Positions 36,000 through 44,250 of a stretch of 64,000 nucleotides of DNA are shown here, one piece after another (position 1 is the stretch's first letter; the number at the start of each line of letters is the position of its first letter). The DNA is from a virus (taxonomy: Duplodnaviria > Heunggongvirae > Uroviricota > Caudoviricetes), in IMG/VR virus record IMGVR_UViG_3300028920_000902, positions 12,298 through 76,297 of that record; one strand, 5' to 3'. The notes beneath the pieces were generated by a model, which was not told the origin of the DNA, ran no database searches, and saw only the letters and a program-made list of their open reading frames with translations. Both the position numbers and the translations under genes were made by a program.

Positions 36000-36202
36000 A
36001 GGCCACACTGGAGTTTAATCTTCCCGACGAAAACAGCGAGTACCGAACAGCGTTTCATGCGCCCGGTATGTTTTGTGTGCTGTGGGATTTTGACCAATGG
36101 TTGCGGGAACAGATTAAATACCACGACAAGCCTTACGAAGATATTCGCAAAAAGCTCTGGGAGTGTCTGGAAAACAACAGGGTTTCACTTGAAAACATGT
36201 AG
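35996..36202 (+). CDS. hypothetical protein (68 aa)
   Basis: ATGA overlap. Confidence 0.4.
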   Translation: MKATLEFNLPDENSEYRTAFHAPGMFCVLWDFDQWLREQIKYHDKPYEDIRKKLWECLENNRVSLENM

Positions 36203-36211
36203 GGGAAAGCC

Positions 36212-36673
36212 GTGAAGTTCGCAACTACATCAATTTGGAGTGTATTGGTTTTTGCCATGGCGGTTTACCCAGAATCGTCATTTGGTTTTTTCTGGGGGCT
36301 GAGTGCCGGAGATTATTTAGACTTTGATCACTATGCCGACGGCACCGTTTCGCTCGGGGTTGGGCTGTACCACGAATCGGGAGATGTTGAGATTGGGGTT
36401 GAGGCGCATGTGTCGGGGCAGCTTGGGGTGGACTACAACCATTACTTTGGCGGGTGGGAGCTGGTTGATGAATACTACGATGCGTATGGTGATTATGTGT
36501 GCGAGTACGCTTACGACAATTCGTGGCTTGATTTGTCAATTGGCTACTACGTTCCCCTGTGTTTGTGGATTCACGATAAGGGTGTTGCGGTAGAGTTTTT
36601 TTGGAAAAGAACCGCGTGGGATGGTGATGTAATTGGGTTTGAGTTCACCCAACAGGTTTTTTGGGAGTTCTGA
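36212..36673 (+). CDS. secreted/exported hypothetical protein (signal-peptide-like N-terminus)
   Basis: MKFATTSIWSVLVFAMAVYPESSFG; GTG start with GGGGAAAG RBS. Confidence 0.45.
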   Translation: MKFATTSIWSVLVFAMAVYPESSFGFFWGLSAGDYLDFDHYADGTVSLGVGLYHESGDVEIGVEAHVSGQLGVDYNHYFGGWELVDEYYDAYGDYVCEYAYDNSWLDLSIGYYVPLCLWIHDKGVAVEFFWKRTAWDGDVIGFEFTQQVFWEF

Positions 36674-37197
36674 TGTTTTGGGAGCAGTTGCTTGATTGGT
36701 TTTCAAGTGTACGCGATTTGGCGCTTCCGTTTTTTGTGGTGCGGGAGTATGAGGGTGCCATTGTGTTGGTTTTGGGCCACTATTCCAGAACTGTTGGGCC
36801 GGGATTGCATTGGAAGGGCCCCTTTGTGGCAGAGGTGTTGTCGGAGAATATCAACTGGGACACCATGGACAGCGATTACCAAAGCCTCACAACATTGGAC
36901 GGACACAATGTGGTGGTGAGTTCAATAGTCAAATATCGGGTTGTGGACGTTAAAACGTTTGTTGTTGATGTGGAAGATGCCAGAAGTGCACTTGGTGACA
37001 TCGTGGCAAGGGAAATTGCGCGGGTGGTATTGAGTACAGATTGGGACGGGCTGCGAACACAGGAAATAGACAATCAGATTTCTATAGTTGTGCGCCGAGA
37101 AGCGAAGAAGTGGGGCATCGAAATAGACACAGTAACTCTGACCAATCGTGCCAAAATTCGTACAATACGATTAATGCAGGAGGGGGTACTGACATGA
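36673..37197 (+). CDS. SPFH/band-7 (prohibitin/HflK-like) domain protein
   Basis: PGLHW...NVVVSSIVKYRVVD...LRTQEID...KWGIEIDTV, collinear with the SPFH domain; TGATG overlap. Confidence 0.6.
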   Translation: MFWEQLLDWFSSVRDLALPFFVVREYEGAIVLVLGHYSRTVGPGLHWKGPFVAEVLSENINWDTMDSDYQSLTTLDGHNVVVSSIVKYRVVDVKTFVVDVEDARSALGDIVAREIARVVLSTDWDGLRTQEIDNQISIVVRREAKKWGIEIDTVTLTNRAKIRTIRLMQEGVLT

Positions 37198-37553
37198 GAG
37201 TGTACGTAGCGGGACCGTATTCGTGTGACCCGGTGCCGGACGCATTCAGCAACATGCGCAGGGGTGTGAGGGCATCTGTGGAGCTTTTCTTGGATGGGTA
37301 TACACCGTTCTCGCCGTGGCTTGATTGGATGTACTGGATGGTGCTTGCTGACGGCGAGGATATTCCCAAGGAGCGGATATACGAGTATTCTCTTGATTGG
37401 CTTGAGGTGTGCGACTGTGTGTATGTTCTCTCCGGCTGGGAGCGTTCGCCGGGCACGCAGAACGAGATTAAGTGGGCGAAGAAGCTGGGAATGCCGGTGT
37501 TTTTTGCCAGAGAAGATTTTGATGTATGGGTACGAGCGGAGACGGGGGAATGA
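37194..37553 (+). CDS. DUF4406 / nucleoside 2-deoxyribosyltransferase-like protein
   Basis: MRVYVAGPY...VYVLSGWERSPGTQNEIKWAKKLGMPV matches the family pattern. Confidence 0.6.
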   Translation: MRVYVAGPYSCDPVPDAFSNMRRGVRASVELFLDGYTPFSPWLDWMYWMVLADGEDIPKERIYEYSLDWLEVCDCVYVLSGWERSPGTQNEIKWAKKLGMPVFFAREDFDVWVRAETGE

Positions 37554-37560
37554 TTTTTTG

Positions 37561-37589
37561 TTGACATTGTTGTTGTTGTGTGGTATATT
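37561..37589 (+). promoter_or_regulatory. sigma70 consensus-like promoter TTGACA-N17-TATATT
   Basis: Perfect -35 and exact 17-nt spacer; ATG at 37600 lies ~4-6 nt from the predicted transcription start, so near-leaderless. Confidence 0.55.
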
Positions 37590-37599
37590 TGGGGGTAGA

Positions 37600-37878
37600 A
37601 TGAATTCGGCCATATTGGTGGATGAAATATATCGTGTGAAAATTCGGCCCCTGTCGCCAGCACAACGGCGGGAGATCGCCGATTTTCTTGGTGTATCATA
37701 TTTCACCCTTATGGGCAAGCTGTCAAAGACCGCCCGTGGGAACTTCACTCCCACCCAACGTCAGAAGCTGAAGGAGTGGTTCGGTGGACGAGGAACTGGA
37801 GATGTTTCTGAAACAGGAAGAGCACCGGAGGGCGATGATCCTGAAAGTGGCGAAATTCTGTCAGGAGCACGGCCTTGA
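37600..37878 (+). CDS. small HTH-like protein (93 aa)
   Basis: RPLSPAQRREIADFLGVSYFTLMGKLSK helix-turn-helix-like; immediately downstream of the promoter. Confidence 0.4.
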   Translation: MNSAILVDEIYRVKIRPLSPAQRREIADFLGVSYFTLMGKLSKTARGNFTPTQRQKLKEWFGGRGTGDVSETGRAPEGDDPESGEILSGARP

Positions 37879-37966
37879 CCCAGCCGCAACGCCAGCAGAA
37901 ATCCTTGACGCAGCTACAGGTAGATTTTCTAGCTACGCTTGGGAGGTTGGAAGAGCGGCTTGGTGA
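37784..37966 (+). CDS. small hypothetical protein (60 aa), alternative frame
   Basis: AAGGAG then 7 nt then GTG. Overlaps the 3' end of the 37600 ORF, so only one of the two is likely real. Confidence 0.3.
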   Translation: MDEELEMFLKQEEHRRAMILKVAKFCQEHGLDPAATPAEILDAATGRFSSYAWEVGRAAW

Positions 37967-40199
37967 CGGAACCCGTCGGATTGATGTCGAAGAAGACTTC
38001 CTGAAAAAGACTATTGCCGACGCCAAAAAGCCTCTTCGGGAGATTCAGGGGGCACGCTATCCTATCTGGAAGGCGTGCAAAGAAGGCGCTGATGGCAAAA
38101 AGGCCGAGTTCTACCAAAAGGCCGTAATCGAGCGCAGCAAGAACGACTTGTTCTATTGGATTGACTATTTCTGCTACATTCTCAATCCGCACCTCACCAA
38201 ATATGGTTTTCCAATGAAATTGCCACTCGTTCTGTACCCCAAGCAGATCGAGTATCAGAAGTGGCGCGAAGACCACTACCTGCGGAACAAGGGCGGGATT
38301 GTTTTCAAATGCCGGGATGTCGGTGTCTCGTGGATGAATGTCACCAATCAGGCATGGCATTGGTTCTTTGAAGACGGGTTTCAGGGTCGTTTCGGATCAT
38401 TGAAGGCGGAGGAGGTCGATTCCAAAAATGACCCTGATTCCCTGTTCCAAAAACTCAGGACAATCATCTACTCCGTGCCCCTGTGGATGCTGCCGTTGGA
38501 ATTCCACAACGAGGACAACAAGTACGACAAAATCATGCAGATATACAACCCGGTGACCCAGGCAACTATCACCGGCCAGCAGGGTGACAATATGGGAAGA
38601 GGGGGTCGCGCGTCCGAGTATGACGTTGATGAGTGGGCCAAGGTGCAACATGACAAGCTGGTGGACTCCAACCTTGGTTCAAACTCGCCCTGTGTGTTTT
38701 ACACCGGAACGCCGATGGGCAGAGACAACGATTATGCAGAGAAATTAACCTCAGGCAAAATTGATGTGTTTAGCTTCGATTGGTGGGATGACCCACGAAA
38801 GACTCCTGATTGGCTGGAAAACTACAAGGAAACGCATTCTAAGGCCGTTGTGCAGCAGGAGGTGTTGAAGAGCCTCGATGCGTTTGCCGGGGGAACGTGC
38901 ATTCCGTCAGACTGGGTGGCGGCCGCCGTACAGCTTTGGAACAAAATAGATAAGGGTGAGGTTGAGTACACGTCCGAGGAGCGGATGGGCGCGATGGATG
39001 TGGCGGCTGGTGGAACAAACCGAACGGTCTATCAGCACCGTCGGGGTATCGTTGTCGGCGATATGCGAGAGTGGGATTTGAACAACACCACGAGAATTGC
39101 GGAACACGGGGCTTCTGCTGCGGATGAGAACCAGGACATCATGCTCCAGTATGACCCCATTGCCGTTGGGGTGGGGGTCAAGTCCACATTTGAGGATATG
39201 GAACCCAGCTTTCGGCCCGTGCCGGTAGATTATCGAGGGGCGGCAAGCTCAATCCCGCTGGACGGGGACACACGAACGGCGGCACAACGGTGCCTCAACC
39301 GGCGGGCAGAACTGGCAATGAGGCTTCGCAGGCGGTTTGAGAAGACATATGAGTTCGTGCATGATGGTGTCAAACACGATTTGGACGGGCTTATTGCCAT
39401 ACCTGACCACGCTAAACTGAGAACGCAGCTTTCCGTTCCAGAGCGCTTTTCTGAACATGGAAAATGGCGGCTGGAGTCGAAAGAAGCAATGGTCAAACGG
39501 GGGGTCGAGAGTCCAGACTACTTTGATGTGACCTGCATGAACTTCGCCAATGAGGTAATAGACACGCGGGTTTTGCCCCATTTTAGCCCCCGGTTGTCGC
39601 ATTTGCGGGTGGATGACAATGCTCCCGTCAAAAGCATGGTCTGCAATGAGCGAAATCAGAACTTTGTGTCGGTATACCACCACAAGAACCTCAAGGCAGC
39701 GGCAATTGGGGCCGTCTGGACTGGCACGCTTACGGTGTACGACGAGTTCAACACATATAACCCCACGGTTCGGGAAGTGGTGGGCGCGATAACAACAAAA
39801 TTTCACCCAACAACCGTGCATGAATATGTGGGCAATAAAGAGATGTTTACCCGTGATGCTGATGATTTGTCCATGCAGTATCTAGAATACGGATTGCTGT
39901 TTGTGGAAAACAGCCTGTACAACGAAATGGCTTCATATGCGATACTCAATCAGATGATTGAGCGGGGCCAAATACGCATACTGAAGAAGTGCAAGATGCT
40001 GGTGGGTCAGTTGGACGAGTTTGTGCGGAAAAAGGGTGGTGAGCCGGACAAGGAAGGTATGGAGGTTGCGCTTGCCCTGTGTTCGTTGGTGAATCGCCTG
40101 AAAGAGTTTGGGTATGTCGAGGAACCAAAGCCAATCGTGCAGCACTACTACCGCAAAACGAGCGCAACACTTCACCCAGACCCGTTGGGGATAGCGTGA
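37875..40199 (+). CDS. terL: terminase large subunit
   Basis: ATPase Walker A-like KCRDVGVSW. C-terminal RNaseH-like nuclease region with conserved acidic residues. TTG start is uncertain. Confidence 0.8.
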   Translation: MTQPQRQQKSLTQLQVDFLATLGRLEERLGDGTRRIDVEEDFLKKTIADAKKPLREIQGARYPIWKACKEGADGKKAEFYQKAVIERSKNDLFYWIDYFCYILNPHLTKYGFPMKLPLVLYPKQIEYQKWREDHYLRNKGGIVFKCRDVGVSWMNVTNQAWHWFFEDGFQGRFGSLKAEEVDSKNDPDSLFQKLRTIIYSVPLWMLPLEFHNEDNKYDKIMQIYNPVTQATITGQQGDNMGRGGRASEYDVDEWAKVQHDKLVDSNLGSNSPCVFYTGTPMGRDNDYAEKLTSGKIDVFSFDWWDDPRKTPDWLENYKETHSKAVVQQEVLKSLDAFAGGTCIPSDWVAAAVQLWNKIDKGEVEYTSEERMGAMDVAAGGTNRTVYQHRRGIVVGDMREWDLNNTTRIAEHGASAADENQDIMLQYDPIAVGVGVKSTFEDMEPSFRPVPVDYRGAASSIPLDGDTRTAAQRCLNRRAELAMRLRRRFEKTYEFVHDGVKHDLDGLIAIPDHAKLRTQLSVPERFSEHGKWRLESKEAMVKRGVESPDYFDVTCMNFANEVIDTRVLPHFSPRLSHLRVDDNAPVKSMVCNERNQNFVSVYHHKNLKAAAIGAVWTGTLTVYDEFNTYNPTVREVVGAITTKFHPTTVHEYVGNKEMFTRDADDLSMQYLEYGLLFVENSLYNEMASYAILNQMIERGQIRILKKCKMLVGQLDEFVRKKGGEPDKEGMEVALALCSLVNRLKEFGYVEEPKPIVQHYYRKTSATLHPDPLGIA

Positions 40200-40549
40200 A
40201 ACTGTCAGTTGAGGTGCAGCCATCCGCCGGGGTGCCGTATGATTGGCTTGTGTACCGTGGGAAGCAGAAGCGGTATACCGGATTTGTGAAGGTGGTGGTT
40301 GAAGCAGACGCTGCCATAATCTATTATATCTACATCAAGCCTGCCCAGAGGCGTAAGGGCTTTGGTTCGTCGGTGCTTTCTGACATGAAGAACAGTTTTG
40401 AGGAAATCAAAACGCAGGTGTCGGCATCGTCCAAGGAAAGCATTGATTTTTTGTCCAAAAATGGGTTTATTAGGGACGGAGATTGGTTGGTATGGAAGAA
40501 GGTTCGCAGCTTGTTGACGCCCTTGAAGACGAAACAGCTCATTCTATGA
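40196..40549 (+). CDS. GNAT-family acetyltransferase
   Basis: IKPAQRRKGFGSSVL acetyl-CoA-binding motif; GTG overlaps the terL stop. Confidence 0.6.
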   Translation: MKLSVEVQPSAGVPYDWLVYRGKQKRYTGFVKVVVEADAAIIYYIYIKPAQRRKGFGSSVLSDMKNSFEEIKTQVSASSKESIDFLSKNGFIRDGDWLVWKKVRSLLTPLKTKQLIL

Positions 40550-40737
40550 CTCTCTTTGGAGAGTTGGAGATGACGCGGGTTCTCATTCTGGACATTGTTG
40601 CGGCACTCGTACAGCACGGGAAAATCGGGCATACGTGGCGGCGCTTGTTTTCAAACGAGGTTTTGGGAGACATTGAAACGGTAGTCCGTGGGGATTACCT
40701 AACAGAGGAGATGCAGCATGGCGAAGAAAAAGACTGA
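40546..40737 (+). CDS. hypothetical protein (63 aa)
   Basis: ATGA overlap. Confidence 0.4.
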   Translation: MTLFGELEMTRVLILDIVAALVQHGKIGHTWRRLFSNEVLGDIETVVRGDYLTEEMQHGEEKD

Positions 40738-40834
40738 GGCACAGCGGCGGGCAGAGGCACGGGAGAAAAACAAGAAGATTGCCAACCGTGTGAGCAAATC
40801 TGGCGTTCTCAAGTATACGAAAAGGGGGAAGTAA
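40718..40834 (+). CDS. small basic protein 1 (38 aa)
   Basis: GGAG RBS; MAKKKTEAQRRAEAREKNKKIANRVSKSGVLKYTKRGK. Confidence 0.35.
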   Translation: MAKKKTEAQRRAEAREKNKKIANRVSKSGVLKYTKRGK

Positions 40835-40959
40835 TGGGTAAAAATGCGCGAGGCAAGCGTGATGGCACTGGCCCGTACAAGGGCAGCTACCAGCAGCGTA
40901 CAAGCGGCAAGGGGCGGCGCCAGCAGGCTGGCCAGAAGTGTCCACAGAGGAAGAAGTAA
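40834..40959 (+). CDS. small basic protein 2 (41 aa)
   Basis: TAATG coupling; MGKNARGKRDGTGPYKGSYQQRTSGKGRRQQAGQKCPQRKK. Confidence 0.35.
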   Translation: MGKNARGKRDGTGPYKGSYQQRTSGKGRRQQAGQKCPQRKK

Positions 40960-41090
40960 TGCCGCTTACGAAGAAGGGCAAAAAGGTCAAGAAGTCGATG
41001 CAGAAGCAGTACGGCTCCAAGAAGGGCATGGAGGTTTTCTACGCATCGGTGAATAAGGGGAAGGTCAAAGGGGCACACAAGACCAAATGA
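40959..41090 (+). CDS. small basic protein 3 (43 aa)
   Basis: TAATG coupling; MPLTKKGKKVKKSMQKQYGSKKGMEVFYASVNKGKVKGAHKTK. Its stop overlaps the next ATG. Confidence 0.35.
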   Translation: MPLTKKGKKVKKSMQKQYGSKKGMEVFYASVNKGKVKGAHKTK

Positions 41091-41719
41091 AGCCTCGGTG
41101 GGACTACATCTTCCGGGTGGTGTGCTCCGGGTTTAATTTCTGGCCCATGAAGTGGTTTTTCTGCTTTGGAACCATGTTGTCCATTGTGCGGTCAGACATG
41201 CGGGTAGCGCAGGGCAAAGAGCCGAAATTCCCGAAGAAGTGCGACGATGTGGATGTGGGCGTTTTCTACGACGAGTTTCAGCCTATTTACATCACCAATT
41301 TTTGCAAGAGCAATGGGTGGGTGGTGGACAACCGCATTGTCTCAGACACAACCGGCAAGACCCTCTACATGGGCCTGAAGCCCAGAGAAGATGTTGCAGA
41401 CATGATGGGCAATGTCCATGTGGACATTTTTTGCTGGGTGAAGCATGATGGGTACTATTGGCACACGTATGATGTGGATATGAAGCGTCCCAAGAATGGG
41501 AAACTCAAGCGCTATACGTTCAAGGGTGTGCCAGCGTGGGCGATAGATGGCGGCGTTGTGGAGCGGGTGAACATTGGCGGGTCGCATCATTGTGGGTTTA
41601 TCCCGCTGAAGTATGGCACATTGCTTGACCTGTGGTATCCAGATTGGTTGGTGCCGCGAGAGTGCGTGAGCGAGGGAGAGGTTCGGGTGGTGAAATCCTG
41701 TAAGGAAATCGGCCTGTAA
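41087..41719 (+). CDS. LicD-family (fukutin-like) phosphotransferase
   Basis: FGTMLSIVRSDM and CDDVDVGVF correspond to the LicD GTLLGxxR / DDDxD motifs. Confidence 0.55.
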   Translation: MKPRWDYIFRVVCSGFNFWPMKWFFCFGTMLSIVRSDMRVAQGKEPKFPKKCDDVDVGVFYDEFQPIYITNFCKSNGWVVDNRIVSDTTGKTLYMGLKPREDVADMMGNVHVDIFCWVKHDGYYWHTYDVDMKRPKNGKLKRYTFKGVPAWAIDGGVVERVNIGGSHHCGFIPLKYGTLLDLWYPDWLVPRECVSEGEVRVVKSCKEIGL

Positions 41720-41736
41720 AATCTTACGGAGATGGC

Positions 41737-42582
41737 ATGAAAGCCTGCGTATCCACGGTGGTTACTGCTGACCATTTTCAGCACTACATTCCCTTGTTTT
41801 GCTATTCTCTCCAGCGGGCCGTCAAATGTGATGTTAAGATTTTCCTTCGCGGGAAACTTGACCACATTACGCGGGTGGCTCTCTGTGAGGCGGACTTGTA
41901 TCCGCTCATACTCCAAGACACCTTCCCCGGCTTCCCAAATTACACGTCCACGACAAACGCGCTGCGGTTCCTTCCGGGGCCGCGTGAATACATGCAGTAC
42001 GAGTGGGTCTATCACACCGATGTAGACTTTGTGTTCCTGCCCCACGAGCCAGATTTCCTTACCTACTATGCACGCAAGGCCGATGCGTGGGGGGAGGATT
42101 ACTGGTCGCGCAGGGGGCCAAAGCGGGCGTCTGGGACAGATGAGCGGGCCAAGAGGATAGCTGGTGGGTGTATGATGACCCGTGTACCTGATTGGTATGT
42201 GAAGACCCAGGAACTGCGCACAGAGATGCTTGAGAAGGTCAGGGTGGGGGAAATAGGCAGATACCGCGAGGATGATGAGCGGATGCTGTGGGACATCTGT
42301 GCCGGTGCAGGGATGAAGTGTCCCACCAAGAGGGGGAACAGGCGCCACAAGAAGTACAAGGAAATTCATCTTGGTGATTTCAAGTTTGACGGTCGGTGGG
42401 GGTCAAACCGCAAGATGGCTCGGCGGATTTCTGCCGGGAATTTCCAGAAGTGGTTTCGGCTGGAGGAAGACCCAATGTGGAAGCACCTGTGTTCAATAGT
42501 TGAACAGGACAAGGAAATCAAGACGATACTGGACAATGTTAGGGAGTACATGGACGGGCGCAGGGACAGAAGTAGATCATAG
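41737..42582 (+). CDS. putative nucleotide-sugar glycosyltransferase (GT-A-like)
   Basis: HTDVDFVF DxD-like motif; sits in the glycan island. Confidence 0.4.
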   Translation: MKACVSTVVTADHFQHYIPLFCYSLQRAVKCDVKIFLRGKLDHITRVALCEADLYPLILQDTFPGFPNYTSTTNALRFLPGPREYMQYEWVYHTDVDFVFLPHEPDFLTYYARKADAWGEDYWSRRGPKRASGTDERAKRIAGGCMMTRVPDWYVKTQELRTEMLEKVRVGEIGRYREDDERMLWDICAGAGMKCPTKRGNRRHKKYKEIHLGDFKFDGRWGSNRKMARRISAGNFQKWFRLEEDPMWKHLCSIVEQDKEIKTILDNVREYMDGRRDRSRS

Positions 42583-42592
42583 CACTAGTTGT
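42568..42592 (+). promoter_or_regulatory. conserved 25-nt motif AGAAGTAGATCATAGCACTAGTTGT, copy 3
   Basis: Identical to the reverse complement of 23957-23981; ~55 nt upstream of the methyltransferase start. Confidence 0.45.
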
Positions 42593-42645
42593 ATGCAATA
42601 CCGGGGCAACCAATTTATAAGCGCGCGCGGGAAAAGACAAAGGCA

Positions 42646-43503
42646 ATGAAGATAGCATACCAGACAAAAGACGTGACGTTGTGGCATGGCGACTGCCGGG
42701 AAGTAATGGCAGACATGGCCGCTGATTCCGTCGCGTTACTCTGGACAGATCCGCCATACGGACACGGGAACAACGACGGAGACCTTGCCGCTGCTCGCGT
42801 TGGGGTGGCCGGAGCACGGCAGCGCCCGGTAGAGGCGATAGCCAATGACGGTGCCGACGACATGCGGAATGTAGTTGACGGCATGCTTGTGCAGGCCGCA
42901 AGAGTGCTTATGCGCGACTGCTGCTGCTGCTGCTGCTGCGGCGGCGGCGGCCCGCGTCCCACGTTCGCATGGGTGGCGCAACGCATGGATACTTGCGGTC
43001 TGGTGTTTTTCCATTCCGTGATTTGGGACAAGACGGCACGCGGCCCTGGCATGGGGTGGCGCTATCGGCGCGACCACGAAATGCTGATGATTGCGCATCG
43101 CGCTGGTGGTCGGTTGCGGTGGTCTGACCCGGATACCGCAGTGTCAAATATTGTGCGCACAATGCCCCCGCGTGACAGGGAACATCCAAACGAGAAACCC
43201 CTTGCGCTTGTTCGTCAATTTGTCGGTTTGCACAGTATGCGCGGAGACACAGTTCTCGATCCGTTTTGTGGTAGTGGCACTACGCTTATAGCCGCACTGG
43301 ACACGGGGCGCAAGGCAATCGGAATTGAAGTAGATGAGCGATGGATTGATGTGGCAGTCAAGCGGTTGGAACGCTGGCATGCACAGACAAACCTTTTCAG
43401 ACAAGACGAAGACGCGCGCGCCGGACATGGGGAGTGCCCCGGCACAGCGTGCAACAGCGCAAGCCCAAAGGCTACGCAGGTCACTATGGAATTGGGATTA
43501 TAG
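42646..43503 (+). CDS. DNA N6-adenine/N4-cytosine methyltransferase (beta class) with internal poly-Cys/Gly run
   Basis: TDPPYG (motif IV), then HPNEKP, then DPFCGSGTT (motif I), the order typical of beta-class enzymes. CCCCCCCGGGG insertion. Confidence 0.8.
   Translation: MKIAYQTKDVTLWHGDCREVMADMAADSVALLWTDPPYGHGNNDGDLAAARVGVAGARQRPVEAIANDGADDMRNVVDGMLVQAARVLMRDCCCCCCCGGGGPRPTFAWVAQRMDTCGLVFFHSVIWDKTARGPGMGWRYRRDHEMLMIAHRAGGRLRWSDPDTAVSNIVRTMPPRDREHPNEKPLALVRQFVGLHSMRGDTVLDPFCGSGTTLIAALDTGRKAIGIEVDERWIDVAVKRLERWHAQTNLFRQDEDARAGHGECPGTACNSASPKATQVTMELGL
42919..42951 (+). repeat. trinucleotide simple sequence repeat (TGC)7(GGC)4 inside the methyltransferase gene
   Basis: Read directly from the DNA; in-frame Cys7Gly4. 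Confidence 0.9.
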
Positions 43504-43545
43504 GCGCAGCCTTCGGGCGTTGCGCGGACGTTGTAGGAAACAACC

Positions 43546-44250
43546 ATGATAACAGTTGATTGGATAGTGCCGGTTTGGCGCCCAGACAAATATCGACAGG
43601 CCAATCTTGTTCAACAAAGAACATGGATTGCGTCACAAAAAAGGCTGATAGTTAATTTCAAGCCCATGTATGATGATTCGGACGAATTTAACAAGCAGTG
43701 GCTGGTGAATCGAGGGTTTAGAGAGTCTACGGCGGGGTGGGTGTTTGTTGCTGATATGGATGTGATTGGGGAGGGAACAGAATATGTGTGGGATGTAACA
43801 CAATGGCTGAAGCAGAACAATCTCCAATGGGGCTTTGGTTGGAACCGGCTGGTCTACAGGGGAAAGGATGGCGGGAAGGACAGGGACGATTGGCCCAATC
43901 CCGGTGTTCAGGAGGGCGGGGTGGTCGTGTTTGGGCGCAGTCTGTGGAAGGAGATGGGTGGGGCCAACGAGTGGATACGGGAACTGTCTGGCCCGGACAA
44001 TGATTTGGCTCTGCGGGCGCGGTATGTGTCGGGCACATATTCATCGTATCCGCGCACTCTGACTCACCAATGGCACCCACGCTCAGAGATGAAGCGTGCC
44101 AAGTGGCTCAAAAACAATCAGTCAATCTTGAAATATACCAACAAGTTTCCGTGGCGGGTGGTGAAGCTGCTCAAGATGCAGCCGTGGGGCGGCGCCGAAC
44201 CATATTGCGACAAGAGCTTCTATGAAACTAGGACAAACGCCCACCTTTGA
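43546..44250 (+). CDS. putative glycosyltransferase (GT2-like)
   Basis: DNDLALRARYVSG resembles a GT2 C-terminal motif. Confidence 0.4.
   Translation: MITVDWIVPVWRPDKYRQANLVQQRTWIASQKRLIVNFKPMYDDSDEFNKQWLVNRGFRESTAGWVFVADMDVIGEGTEYVWDVTQWLKQNNLQWGFGWNRLVYRGKDGGKDRDDWPNPGVQEGGVVVFGRSLWKEMGGANEWIRELSGPDNDLALRARYVSGTYSSYPRTLTHQWHPRSEMKRAKWLKNNQSILKYTNKFPWRVVKLLKMQPWGGAEPYCDKSFYETRTNAHL

Noticed and set aside
37294-37599. N-terminal part of the 194 aa ORF 37294..37878
   Set aside because: It overlaps the DUF4406 gene in another frame and runs through the TTGACA-N17-TATATT promoter. Only the part from ATG 37600 is plausible.
40844-41056. 70 aa + strand ORF
   Set aside because: It is in a different frame from the three coupled small basic ORFs, and its Ala/Arg-rich sequence looks like GC-frame noise.
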